Of a stretch of 64,000 bases of DNA, positions 37,964 through 47,702 are shown one piece after another. The DNA comes from Bacteroidales bacterium (GTDB lineage Bacteria; Bacteroidota; Bacteroidia; Bacteroidales; Muribaculaceae). A program made the position numbers and the translations under genes. Position 1 is the first letter of the stretch. Each line of letters opens with the position of its first letter. The notes beneath the pieces are model-generated. The model made no database searches. It saw nothing but the letters and a program-made list of their open reading frames with translations, and was not told where the DNA came from. Location: NCBI GenBank assembly GCA_900769345.1, contig CAAGGJ010000164.1:15654-79653 (forward strand), given 5' to 3'.

Positions 37964-39589
37964 ATGAAAAAATATATTTTAGGTTTGGCTGTGTCGGCTT
38001 TGGCTATCACTTCAGTGTCTTGCGACGACTTCCTGAACACTCAACCTGAAGGACAACCTACTACCGGCACATACTTCACCAACGACCAACAGGCAATCGA
38101 TGCAGTGGAAATACTCTATGCCGAGGTACAACAAGAAGGCTGCTTCGGTCGCGAATTTTTCTGGGAACAAGCTGCCGCCAACGACGTAGTTTGGGGTCGT
38201 ACTCGCAGCTATCCTGCTCTCGCCACTTTCAACTACTCCGGCGACGAAAGCCCGCTCCGCTCGGTGTGGGAACGCTTGACTCGCACCACTGCTCGCGCTA
38301 ACTGGGTGGTGGAACAGCTCACCAAGAAAACTTCACTCACCGCTATCGAAAAGCGTTCGCTCGGCGAAGCATACTTCATGCGCGCTCTCACTCACTTCTA
38401 CATCGCTTACCGCTACGGTACCGACAAGCAAGGTGTGCCTTTCTGCCGCTACGAAGACTTCCCTAACGGGTACGACAACTCTATCCCCGAACAGCAGGCT
38501 ACCGTAATGGAAAACTATCGCCTCATCATCGAAGACCTCGACAAGGCTATAGCAAACCTTCCTAAATTTGAAGAATACGGTGCCGACGACCGCGGTCGCG
38601 CTCACAAGGCTGCTGCCGTAGGTTACAAGGCTAAGACTTATGCTTACTGGGCTACTTGGGACCAAACAAAGTGGAACGACGTAATCAACTGCGTTAACGA
38701 ACTCGAGCAAACTTATGGTCGCGACCTCGCCGACACATATGCTCAAGTGTTCTCATCTGATTTCGCCGACTTCTGGACCAAGGAATACATCTGGACTATC
38801 CCTTGCAACGGCGGTGCATCGGGTGGTGGCACTGAATTCCCTGGCGTAATCCTTGAAAACAAGGGTTGGGGTGTCTACAACGGCTGGGGTCAAAACAAGC
38901 CTTCTTACGACATCTTCGAAGAAATGCTCAAGGACGGCGCCGGCAACGACCGTATCGTTCGCTCTATCCTCGAATATGGCCAAGAATTCTATTTCAACGG
39001 CGAAAAGCGTCAGTTCTACTCAACTTCTGACGTTGAATCGGGCTTCATGATCAACAAGTATATGGACCCATTCAAGCACAAAGATATGACTAAGGAATAC
39101 GTTAATCCTAACGGCAACTGGCCAACAGCTCGCGTCAACTTCCCATTGTTGCGCTTTGCCGACTGCTTGCTCCTCCGTGCCGAAGCTTATCTCATGACAG
39201 GCAAAGCCGGCGAAGCTGCTAAGGATATCAACCGCATCCGCACTCGTTCTAAGCTCGAGCCTATCGGCTCTACTGCCACTATGGCTGACCTCTATCACGA
39301 ACGTCGCTGCGAACTTGCATTCGAGTTCTCTGACCACTTGTTCGACCTCAAGCGCTGGAACCGCTCTTCGAATGCCGAAATCAAGGCTCTTGCCGATGCC
39401 GAACTCAACGCAAGTCCACGCGTTCGCCACTACGAAAACCGTGGTGACATCAACTCAGCGTTCACCGTTGGTCAATACGAAGACTACAAGGTTAAGAACA
39501 AATACGATGCTCACTTCATGGTATTCCCTTACCCATCGGCTGAAATCACCAAGGCCGGCGGTAAGTTGAAGCAAAACGAAGGCTATTAA
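37964..39589 (+). CDS. SusD/RagB-family nutrient-binding outer-membrane lipoprotein
   Basis: The start is moved to ATG 37964 (MKKYILGLAVSALAITSVSCDD). Lipobox SVSC is followed by acidic DD. TPR-like SusD hallmarks include LLLRAEAYLM. It lies 48 bp after susC. Confidence 0.9.
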   Translation: MKKYILGLAVSALAITSVSCDDFLNTQPEGQPTTGTYFTNDQQAIDAVEILYAEVQQEGCFGREFFWEQAAANDVVWGRTRSYPALATFNYSGDESPLRSVWERLTRTTARANWVVEQLTKKTSLTAIEKRSLGEAYFMRALTHFYIAYRYGTDKQGVPFCRYEDFPNGYDNSIPEQQATVMENYRLIIEDLDKAIANLPKFEEYGADDRGRAHKAAAVGYKAKTYAYWATWDQTKWNDVINCVNELEQTYGRDLADTYAQVFSSDFADFWTKEYIWTIPCNGGASGGGTEFPGVILENKGWGVYNGWGQNKPSYDIFEEMLKDGAGNDRIVRSILEYGQEFYFNGEKRQFYSTSDVESGFMINKYMDPFKHKDMTKEYVNPNGNWPTARVNFPLLRFADCLLLRAEAYLMTGKAGEAAKDINRIRTRSKLEPIGSTATMADLYHERRCELAFEFSDHLFDLKRWNRSSNAEIKALADAELNASPRVRHYENRGDINSAFTVGQYEDYKVKNKYDAHFMVFPYPSAEITKAGGKLKQNEGY

Positions 39590-39638
39590 TCATCGACATC
39601 TCGCAAGGAATTGTTGCCTTGCCGATAGATAATCACTT

Positions 39639-39678
39639 AAGGTGCGTCAATCTCAGCATTGGCGCACCTTTGATTTTA
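39639..39678 (+). terminator. terminator-like hairpin after susD
   Basis: AAGGTGCGTCAAT-ctcagc-ATTGGCGCACCTT forms a 13-bp stem (1 G-U) followed by TGATTTTA. Confidence 0.5.
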
Positions 39679-39864
39679 TCAAATTTTCCTACCCCGAAGC
39701 ACATCGGCATCCCGAAAGCCCTTTTAACTAAAGTTTACAATATCTCAAAAGCATAAATGACAGATATTTCGTAACTTTACACCTCGGGAACATACCATCA
39801 CCCCGCAAAACAAAACAAGAAAAAATTCAAACCTTTCAAAACAAACTATTCAATATCTCAAATT

Positions 39865-40719
39865 ATGCGAAAACTATTTTTAGCTCTATTAAGCGTAATC
39901 ATCCTGGCAGGATGTTCAAAACAGCAACAAGAAACCACACAAAACATAGTAGTGGCTACATTCAACATGCGTTACGATAACCCCGACGACAGCCTCAACA
40001 ACTGGCAATATCGCAAGGAACGCATCGCTCAATTCATCGCCGACCAAAACATCGACATTGTAGGCACTCAAGAACTACTCCAAAATCAAGTTGACGACCT
40101 CAAAGCTTTGCTGCCCGACTTCGAGATGGTGGGCGTGGCTCGCGACAACGGCAAGGACGAAGGCGAATATGCTGCCATCTTCTTCCGCCGCGACCGCTTC
40201 GAAGCCCTCGACAGCAACAACTTTTGGCTCTGCGAAAACCCCGACAGCGTGGGTATGAAGGGCTGGGACGCCGCTTGCACTCGCATCGCCACATGGGCTA
40301 AACTCAAGGATAAAACCTCCAACAAGATATTTATGGCGGTCAACACTCACTTCGACCACGTGGGCGAAGTGGCTCGCCGCGAAAGCGCGCTGCTCATCAT
40401 TCGAAAAATCAAGGAAATTGTGGGCGACCGTCCGGCATTCCTCACCGGCGACTTCAATGTGGACAACACCAGCAACGCCTACGCCACAATCACAGGCAAC
40501 GAGTTTGTGCTCAACGATGCTCGCGAAGTGGCCGACTCGATAGAGGGCGTAGACTATACTTGGCACGACTTCGCCCAACTCCCTGCCGAAGAACGCGCTC
40601 GCATCGACTTCATTTTCACCACTCCGAGCATCAAGGTGCTCAAGGTATTTATCCCCCAAGAGAATGCCGATGCTCTCCTGAGCGACCACAATCCTCAAGT
40701 AGCCACTTTGCAACTCTAA
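39865..40719 (+). CDS. endonuclease/exonuclease/phosphatase (EEP) family lipoprotein, probable sugar-phosphate phosphatase
   Basis: 284 aa with lipobox LAGC. EEP motifs are ATFNMRY near the N-terminus, GTQE, and SDHNP at the C-terminus. Confidence 0.85.
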   Translation: MRKLFLALLSVIILAGCSKQQQETTQNIVVATFNMRYDNPDDSLNNWQYRKERIAQFIADQNIDIVGTQELLQNQVDDLKALLPDFEMVGVARDNGKDEGEYAAIFFRRDRFEALDSNNFWLCENPDSVGMKGWDAACTRIATWAKLKDKTSNKIFMAVNTHFDHVGEVARRESALLIIRKIKEIVGDRPAFLTGDFNVDNTSNAYATITGNEFVLNDAREVADSIEGVDYTWHDFAQLPAEERARIDFIFTTPSIKVLKVFIPQENADALLSDHNPQVATLQL

Positions 40720-40741
40720 TCACTCCACTCTCGTCAGGATT

Positions 40742-41569
40742 ATGAAGATAGGAATCGATTTAGGCGGCACTAACATACGCGTGGGTGCCGTGAGCAACGG
40801 CAAAATAGTGCGCAAGGCTCAAGTGCCAACCCCTCGCACCACCAACCCCGATGAAGTGGTGGATGCAATTGTAGACCTCATACGCCAAGTGGCTGAAAGC
40901 GACGCTATCGAAGGCATAGGCATAGGCGTGCCATCGGTGGTAGATTGGGAAAAGGGAATTGTATACAATGTGATGAACATCCCGTCGTGGAAGGAAGTAC
41001 ACATCAAGGACATTCTCGAAAGCGAATTCGGTGTGCCCGTAGCGGTAAACAACGACGCCAACTGCTTCGCCCTCGGCGAGAAGATGTATGGCGCCGCCCG
41101 CCTCTACGACGATGTGGTGGGACTTACCCTCGGCACCGGCGTTGGCGCCGGACTGATATTCAACGGACGCCTGTATAGCGGTCGCAACACCGCTGCCGGC
41201 GAGGTGTGCTCGCTCCCTTATCTCGATAGCGACTACGAACACTACTGCAGCAGCGGATTTTTTGTTACCAAAGGCACCTCAGGTCGCGATGCCGCCCTTC
41301 TGGCTTCGGCTGGCAATGCCGAAATTCAGCCCGTTTGGCAGGAATTTGGCTCTCATGTGGGCAATCTGGTGAAAGCCGTTCTCCTCGCCTACGATCCTCA
41401 AGCCATAGTGTTCGGCGGAAGCATCGCCAAGGCGTTCAAACACTTCGAAAAACCTATGATGCAGTCGCTCCAATCGTTTATGTACCCCAATATGGTGCAA
41501 CGCCTCAAAATTTTCGTTTCCGAACTCGATGATGTAGCCATCTACGGCGCATCGGCTTTGGTGCAATAA
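40742..41569 (+). CDS. ROK-family sugar kinase-like protein
   Basis: 275 aa starting MKIGIDLGGTNIRVGAV (ATP-binding DxGGT). There is no N-terminal HTH, so it is a kinase-type rather than a repressor-type ROK. The canonical Cys-rich zinc motif is not evident. Confidence 0.8.
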   Translation: MKIGIDLGGTNIRVGAVSNGKIVRKAQVPTPRTTNPDEVVDAIVDLIRQVAESDAIEGIGIGVPSVVDWEKGIVYNVMNIPSWKEVHIKDILESEFGVPVAVNNDANCFALGEKMYGAARLYDDVVGLTLGTGVGAGLIFNGRLYSGRNTAAGEVCSLPYLDSDYEHYCSSGFFVTKGTSGRDAALLASAGNAEIQPVWQEFGSHVGNLVKAVLLAYDPQAIVFGGSIAKAFKHFEKPMMQSLQSFMYPNMVQRLKIFVSELDDVAIYGASALVQ

Positions 41570-41619
41570 CACATCTCCCTCATAACCAATATTCTCAGCA
41601 AAACTAACTATTAATTTCG

Positions 41620-44550
41620 ATGAAAAAGACTATTATTCTTGTTGTCTCAATAGCATTATCGTTGCTCGCGTGGCAACCGACCGATGCAAAACAAATAACT
41701 CGCTACGTCGACCCCTTTATCGGCACCGGCGGACATGGACACACCTATCCGGGTGCCACCACACCTCATGGAGCCGTGCAACTCAGCCCCGACACTCGCA
41801 CCGGCAACTGGGACGCTTGCGGCGGTTATCACTACAGCGACTCTCTAATCTTCGGCTTTTCGCACAATCACCTTAGCGGTACGGGCTGCGCCGACCTCGC
41901 CGATGTGCTTTTTCACCCCGATGTAACGCTCGGCACGCCGGGCAACCTTTATAAGCCCACCCCGTTCAGCCACGCCAACGAACAGGCTCGTCCGGGCTAT
42001 TATAGCGTGCTCCTCGACAACGGCATCCGCGCCGAACTCACCGCCGGAACCTACACCGGCGTGCACCGCTACACCTATCCCGCTCAAGCATCAGCTCGCA
42101 TGGTGGTGGATATGCTCTGGACCCTCGGCGAAGAGGTAATCTACGAAGCCGCTATCGAACAAACTGCCAACAACGAAATAGCAGGTATGCGCAATAGTCT
42201 GGGCTTTGTGGACCAACAGCACATCTATTTCGTGGCTCAATTCTCTTGCAATATTCGCGACTTCGCTGCCTATAGCGACGGCCGTCGCGTAGAAGGCAAT
42301 AAAGCCAAAGGCACTAATATTCAGGCTTCATTCGGTCTCGAAAGCAATGCCGTGACCGTGAATGTGGGTCTTTCTACCGTTAGCATCGAGAATGCTCGCA
42401 AAAACTTGATGCACGACACCGGCAACGACTTCAATTTCGATGACGTGAGCAAAGCAGCCGATGCTCAATGGGAAAAAGCGCTCTCGCGCGTGATTATCGA
42501 CGACAAGAGCGAAGCTCGCAAAAAGGTGTTCTACACGGCACTCTATCACGCCTTGGTGGTGCCTAACATCACCAGCGACTGCAATGGCGAATATCGCGCT
42601 CACGATCAGTCTATTCGCCGTCTCGACGATGGCTGCCGTGAATATAGCACGCTATCGCTCTGGGACACTTTCCGAGCTTGGCATCCGCTTATGACGCTCA
42701 TCGACCACGACCTGGTGCGTAACATCAACAACTCGATGCTCAATAGCTACAACTGCGACAAAAAGCTGCCCATCTGGCCGCTTTCGTCGGGCGAAACGGG
42801 TTGTATGATAGGCTATCACTCTGTGGCTGTGCTCGCCGAGGCTTATCTCAAAGGCATTAGAAACTTCGACGCCGACCGTGCTCTCGAAGCCATGATTGCC
42901 ACTGCCAATACTCGCATCAAGGGCCTCGACTACTATGTAAAAAACGGTTTTATTCCACAAAACGGCAAACGCGAATCAGTGTCGTGCCTGCTGGAATATG
43001 CCTACGATGATTGGTGCATAGCTCAATTTGCACGCGCCATAGGTCGCATCGATGTTCACGACGAATATATGAAGCGTTCGCAGCAATATGTGAATGTTTT
43101 CGACGGTTCTACCCGATTTTTCCGCGGCAAACGCTCCGACGGCAATTGGCAAAGCCCGTTCAACCCCTTCGAGGTAGGTCACGCCTACACCGAAGCCACT
43201 GCTTGGCAGTATCGTTTCTTCGTGCCTCACGATGTGAAGGGCATGGAGCAACTTTTCGGAGGTCGCGAGAAGTTTGTGGCTGCGCTCGACTCTATCTACA
43301 CTGTCAGCAGCAACGAACCTGCCGACTTGGTGGACATTACGGGTCTTATAGGTCAATACGCCCACGGCAACGAGCCAAGTCACCATATTTCTTACCTCTA
43401 CTCTTACATCGGTCAGCCCTGGAAGACTCAGGAACGCAATCTGGAAGTGCTCAACACGCTTTACAGCGACACACCCGACGGGTTGTGCGGCAATGAGGAC
43501 TGCGGCCAAATGTCGGCTTGGTACATTATGAGCAGCCTCGGCCTTTATGCCGTGGCTCCGGCTTCGGGCGAATATTTGCTTACCACTCCGCTTATGCGCA
43601 AAGCCACCATACGCCTCGCCAATGGTCGCTCTCTCACCATCATTGGCGGCGATAGCAAAGCCACTCCTTACATCGCCAAGGTAGAACTCAACGGCAAACC
43701 CATCAACACCGTTTACCTCACTCACGAACAGATTATGCAAGGCGGCGTGCTGAAATTCACTCTCAGCGCCAAGCCCACCGACTGGGGCACGACTGTCGAT
43801 GCTGCACCCTACTCGTTCACTCGCTGCCCTGTGGTGTCGATACCATTTGTAAAGCGTGACTTAAACCTCTTCACAGGCACAATCGATGTGGAGATAGGAT
43901 CTGCAACCGACGAGGCTGCCATACACTACACCCTCGACGGCTCAGAGCCTACCGAACTCTCACCGCTCTACACCGAGCCGCTTGCCATCAGCACCACCAC
44001 CGTCATCAAGGCTAAGGCATTTCGCCCGGGCTATCTGCCAAGTGCCACTATGGCAATCACAGCCACCCAAGCCATCAATCGCCCTGCAGCATCACTTACC
44101 GAGGCTCAGCGCACTGAATTGAAGCAAGGCGTCAGCTATGAGTATTACGAAGGTCCGTTTCTCAAGGTTGAGGACATCACCGGCAATCCTGTAAGCACCG
44201 GCACACTCAGCGAACCGCTTATCGACGGCGCCGCTTCGCCCGACCACTTTGCTTTTGTGTTCACCGGATATATCGATGTGCCGAGCGACGGCATCTACAC
44301 CTTCTTCACTCGTTCCGACGATGGCAGCGTACTCCTTATCGACGATGTACTTGTAGTGGACAACAACGACTCTCATGCAGCCGTCACTGCCACCGGCACC
44401 ATAGCTCTCGCCAAGGGATTGCACCGATTCACACTCAAATATTTCGACGACTATGAAGGCGAATCGCTCCAATGGGGCTGGCGCATACCCGGTGGTGCAA
44501 AGATGACAGCCATCGCACCCGAACTCTTGTATTACCTACCCAAGAAATAA
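41620..44550 (+). CDS. GH92 alpha-mannosidase with a C-terminal PA14-like module
   Basis: 976 aa with a signal peptide. GH92 hallmarks are GTGGHGHTYPGA, HGNEPSHH and NEDCGQMSAWY. The C-terminal roughly 140 aa (GVSYEYYEG...SDDGSVLLIDD...LKYFDDYEGESL) are PA14/GLEYA-like. Confidence 0.92.
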   Translation: MKKTIILVVSIALSLLAWQPTDAKQITRYVDPFIGTGGHGHTYPGATTPHGAVQLSPDTRTGNWDACGGYHYSDSLIFGFSHNHLSGTGCADLADVLFHPDVTLGTPGNLYKPTPFSHANEQARPGYYSVLLDNGIRAELTAGTYTGVHRYTYPAQASARMVVDMLWTLGEEVIYEAAIEQTANNEIAGMRNSLGFVDQQHIYFVAQFSCNIRDFAAYSDGRRVEGNKAKGTNIQASFGLESNAVTVNVGLSTVSIENARKNLMHDTGNDFNFDDVSKAADAQWEKALSRVIIDDKSEARKKVFYTALYHALVVPNITSDCNGEYRAHDQSIRRLDDGCREYSTLSLWDTFRAWHPLMTLIDHDLVRNINNSMLNSYNCDKKLPIWPLSSGETGCMIGYHSVAVLAEAYLKGIRNFDADRALEAMIATANTRIKGLDYYVKNGFIPQNGKRESVSCLLEYAYDDWCIAQFARAIGRIDVHDEYMKRSQQYVNVFDGSTRFFRGKRSDGNWQSPFNPFEVGHAYTEATAWQYRFFVPHDVKGMEQLFGGREKFVAALDSIYTVSSNEPADLVDITGLIGQYAHGNEPSHHISYLYSYIGQPWKTQERNLEVLNTLYSDTPDGLCGNEDCGQMSAWYIMSSLGLYAVAPASGEYLLTTPLMRKATIRLANGRSLTIIGGDSKATPYIAKVELNGKPINTVYLTHEQIMQGGVLKFTLSAKPTDWGTTVDAAPYSFTRCPVVSIPFVKRDLNLFTGTIDVEIGSATDEAAIHYTLDGSEPTELSPLYTEPLAISTTTVIKAKAFRPGYLPSATMAITATQAINRPAASLTEAQRTELKQGVSYEYYEGPFLKVEDITGNPVSTGTLSEPLIDGAASPDHFAFVFTGYIDVPSDGIYTFFTRSDDGSVLLIDDVLVVDNNDSHAAVTATGTIALAKGLHRFTLKYFDDYEGESLQWGWRIPGGAKMTAIAPELLYYLPKK

Positions 44551-44575
44551 ATAAAACCAAATAAATAACTACACT

Positions 44576-46201
44576 ATGCGAAAAATTCAAATAATGGCAT
44601 TGAAAGCAAGCCTATTGGCACTAACAGTGGCTATGGGCATCGGTGTAGGCAACGCACAAAGTTGCGGCAACGATAGCATCTATCGCATTCCATACAAAAA
44701 CACCTATGTGAAAGAAGCTCTTGTGGCTGAAAACGACTTCCGCACCGCCAAACCCGTCACCACCGAGTTGCCCAAGAGTTTTGAGGAGGCTCGTCAGGTG
44801 CTGCCCGTGCCCGTTTGGGAGGGCCACCAAGCCGAAATCGACATGTACTGGGAAGCATGGCAGATAGGTGTGAAAAACATCTGCAATCCGCTTCCGGGTT
44901 CGGGCTTCGTGGTGCCTTATATCGACACTGCCTACAATGGCAATATTTTCATGTGGGACTCAGCTTTCATCTTGATGTTCTCTCGCTACGGAGCGCGATT
45001 TTTCGATTTCCAAGGCACGCTCAATAATTTCTATGCCAAGCAGCACCCCGATGGCTTTATCTGCCGCGAAATACATGCCGACGGCAGCGACTGCTTCGAA
45101 CGCTACGACCCGGTGAGCACCGGTCCTAACCTTATTCCCTGGTGCGAATTGGTTTATTATCAGCAATTTGGCAATATCGACCGTCTGCACAAGGCTTTCC
45201 CGGCGCTTGTGGCTTACTACAAGTGGCTTCGCTTGAACCACACATGGCGCAACGGCACTTACTGGTCGAGCGGCTGGGGTACAGGCATGGATAACATGCC
45301 GCGCGTGAAGAAGGACTACAACCCCATCTTCAGCCACGGCCACATGATTTGGCTCGACACCAATCTGCAACAATATATGACTGCCTATCAGTTGCTTCAG
45401 ATAGGTTTCTACATTGAGCGCTGGCAGGAAATAGAGGACTTTGAGGACGAAGCCAAGATGCTTAAACGATATGTTCAGGAAAACCTCTGGGACGAAAAGA
45501 GCGGTTTCCTCTACGACCAATATGCCGACGGTTCGCTATGCGACACCAAGGGCATCAGCGCATTCTGGGCTTTGCAGAGCGATATTCTCAGCGACAGCCA
45601 GATTAAGCGCCTCGTGGAGCACCTCAACAACCCCAAGGAATTCAAGCGCCCGGGCATGGTGCCTTCGGTGAGCGCCGACAACCCTAAATACAACGAAAAA
45701 GGCCGCTACTGGCAAGGTGGCGTTTGGCCGGGCACCAACTATATGATTATCGATGGCCTGTGGAAGAAGGGCTATAAAAAAGAAGCTCGCGACATTGCGC
45801 TCAACCACTACCACCAGGTGTTTGAGGTATTCAAAACCACCGGTACTTTCTGGGAATACTACTCGCCGGAATCGATGAACGAGGGCTTTATGGCTCGTAA
45901 GGACTTTATCGGTTGGACCGGGTTGGCTCCTATTGCCGAATTGATAGAGTTTATAATAGGCATCCGCGCCGACTATCCATCGAACACCATCACTTGGGAC
46001 CTTAATCTCACCGAAGCCAACGGTATTGAACGCTATCCATTCGGCCCCGACGGCAACATCTCGCTCAAGGCAGCAAAACGTGCCAACGCATCGACTGAAC
46101 CGCAGATTTCTATCGATAGCAACGTGCCTTTCACGCTCAAAGTGTTCTACGGCAACAAGACCAAGACCATAGAGGTAACTCCGGGCAATAAGACTTATTA
46201 A
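44576..46201 (+). CDS. (alpha/alpha)6-barrel glycoside hydrolase, GH63-like / MGH1-like (trehalase-fold)
   Basis: 541 aa with a signal peptide. The motifs WDSAFILMF, GWGTGMDNMPR and GGVWPGTNYMIIDGL are typical of the GH63/GH37-like clan. The exact family is uncertain. Confidence 0.7.
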   Translation: MRKIQIMALKASLLALTVAMGIGVGNAQSCGNDSIYRIPYKNTYVKEALVAENDFRTAKPVTTELPKSFEEARQVLPVPVWEGHQAEIDMYWEAWQIGVKNICNPLPGSGFVVPYIDTAYNGNIFMWDSAFILMFSRYGARFFDFQGTLNNFYAKQHPDGFICREIHADGSDCFERYDPVSTGPNLIPWCELVYYQQFGNIDRLHKAFPALVAYYKWLRLNHTWRNGTYWSSGWGTGMDNMPRVKKDYNPIFSHGHMIWLDTNLQQYMTAYQLLQIGFYIERWQEIEDFEDEAKMLKRYVQENLWDEKSGFLYDQYADGSLCDTKGISAFWALQSDILSDSQIKRLVEHLNNPKEFKRPGMVPSVSADNPKYNEKGRYWQGGVWPGTNYMIIDGLWKKGYKKEARDIALNHYHQVFEVFKTTGTFWEYYSPESMNEGFMARKDFIGWTGLAPIAELIEFIIGIRADYPSNTITWDLNLTEANGIERYPFGPDGNISLKAAKRANASTEPQISIDSNVPFTLKVFYGNKTKTIEVTPGNKTY

Positions 46202-46213
46202 AAACCCCTGATT

Positions 46214-47662
46214 ATGAAAGCACTACGAACAGTAATATTTGGCATTATTGCAACGCTCACACTTGCGGCATCGGCTCAGAGCACACGCCGTATGGCTTTC
46301 AATGCCGACGGAAAGTTCAAAATCGCCCAGTTTACCGACATCCACTGGTGCGACGATAGTGTGGAGGTGTGCAAACGCACTTTGCAGAGCTTGCAAGCCG
46401 TGATCGATACCGAACGACCCGACTTGAATGTGCTCACCGGCGACATCATCACCGACCATCCTGCTCTCAAAGGTTGGAAAAGCATAATAGCGTTCTTCGA
46501 AAAGCAGAACATCCCTTTCGTGGTGGCTATGGGCAACCACGACGGCGAATTTATGAGCAAAGATTCTATCTACACTCTACTCACCGATAGTCCTAACTAT
46601 GTGGGCATTAAGGGCAACCATGTGCACGGCTACGGCAATATGACCATAGCACTGCACGCCTCCAACGGCTCCGACAAGGTGCAGAATGTGATTTATCTCA
46701 TCGACTCGAACGACTATGCCGCCAACACCATTTTCGGCCACTACGACTGGATACACTTCGACCAAATCGACTGGTTTCGCCGCGAAAGCGATCGTTTCGC
46801 CGCTAAGAACGGCGGCAATCCGGTGCCCTCAGTGGCATTTTTCCACATTCCGCTCATGGAGACCGACCATGTGGTGGGTTTGCCCGACACTTTCGGCCAC
46901 GCCAAGGAGCGGTTCAGCAAGGGCATCAACTCCGGCCTCTTTGCCTCGATGCTCGAAAAAGGCAATATGGTGGGCGTATTTGCCGGACACGACCACATGA
47001 ACGACTATGTGGGCATTCGGTCGGAAGTGACTTTGGGCTTTGGCCGTTGCAGCGGTTGGGGCGCCTATGGCACTCTCGAGCGTGGCGCTCGCATAGTGCA
47101 ACTGCGCGAAGGCTCGCGACACTTCGACACTTGGATTACCACTGCCAAGGGTCGTGAAGCGGTTTATCACAGCCCGTCGGGCATCACTTCGATTGAAGAA
47201 AACGCCGAATACCTCGCTCCGGTGAAAGCTACGAAGGTGAAAAATGGTGTCAACTACACCTACTTCGAAGGCAACATCCTAAGCTGCGATGAGATAGCCA
47301 AACTAAAACCTCTTCACAAGGGCGTAACCGATAAGTTCAGCATCGATCTCTACGACACTGCCGACCATTTCGCCTATGTGTTCCGTGCACTCTTCGATGC
47401 GCCCGAAAAGGCTGTCTATAAGTTCCGCTTGCGCAGCGACGACGGCGCACAACTCTTTATCGATGACCGTATGATTATCGACAACGACGGAAGCCACAGC
47501 GCCAATTTCGTGGTGGGCAAGGTAGCTCTCGAAAAGGGCTTGCACCGCATCGAAATCAAATATTTCGAGGACTACATGGGCCAGGAACTGCTTCTGCGCT
47601 ACCAAACTCCCGACATCGACGAAACGCCTGTGACACCCCACATGCTATTTATTGAAAAATAA
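46214..47662 (+). CDS. calcineurin-like metallophosphoesterase with a C-terminal PA14-like module
   Basis: 482 aa with a signal peptide. Metallophosphoesterase motifs are QFTDIHW, GDIITD, GNHD and AGHDH. The C-terminal GVNYTYFEG...SDDGAQLFIDD...IKYFEDYMGQEL is homologous to the GH92 C-terminus. Confidence 0.8.
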   Translation: MKALRTVIFGIIATLTLAASAQSTRRMAFNADGKFKIAQFTDIHWCDDSVEVCKRTLQSLQAVIDTERPDLNVLTGDIITDHPALKGWKSIIAFFEKQNIPFVVAMGNHDGEFMSKDSIYTLLTDSPNYVGIKGNHVHGYGNMTIALHASNGSDKVQNVIYLIDSNDYAANTIFGHYDWIHFDQIDWFRRESDRFAAKNGGNPVPSVAFFHIPLMETDHVVGLPDTFGHAKERFSKGINSGLFASMLEKGNMVGVFAGHDHMNDYVGIRSEVTLGFGRCSGWGAYGTLERGARIVQLREGSRHFDTWITTAKGREAVYHSPSGITSIEENAEYLAPVKATKVKNGVNYTYFEGNILSCDEIAKLKPLHKGVTDKFSIDLYDTADHFAYVFRALFDAPEKAVYKFRLRSDDGAQLFIDDRMIIDNDGSHSANFVVGKVALEKGLHRIEIKYFEDYMGQELLLRYQTPDIDETPVTPHMLFIEK

Positions 47663-47702
47663 CTATTAATTCCATACACCAAAAAAAAATTCGTTAGCTG
47701 AT

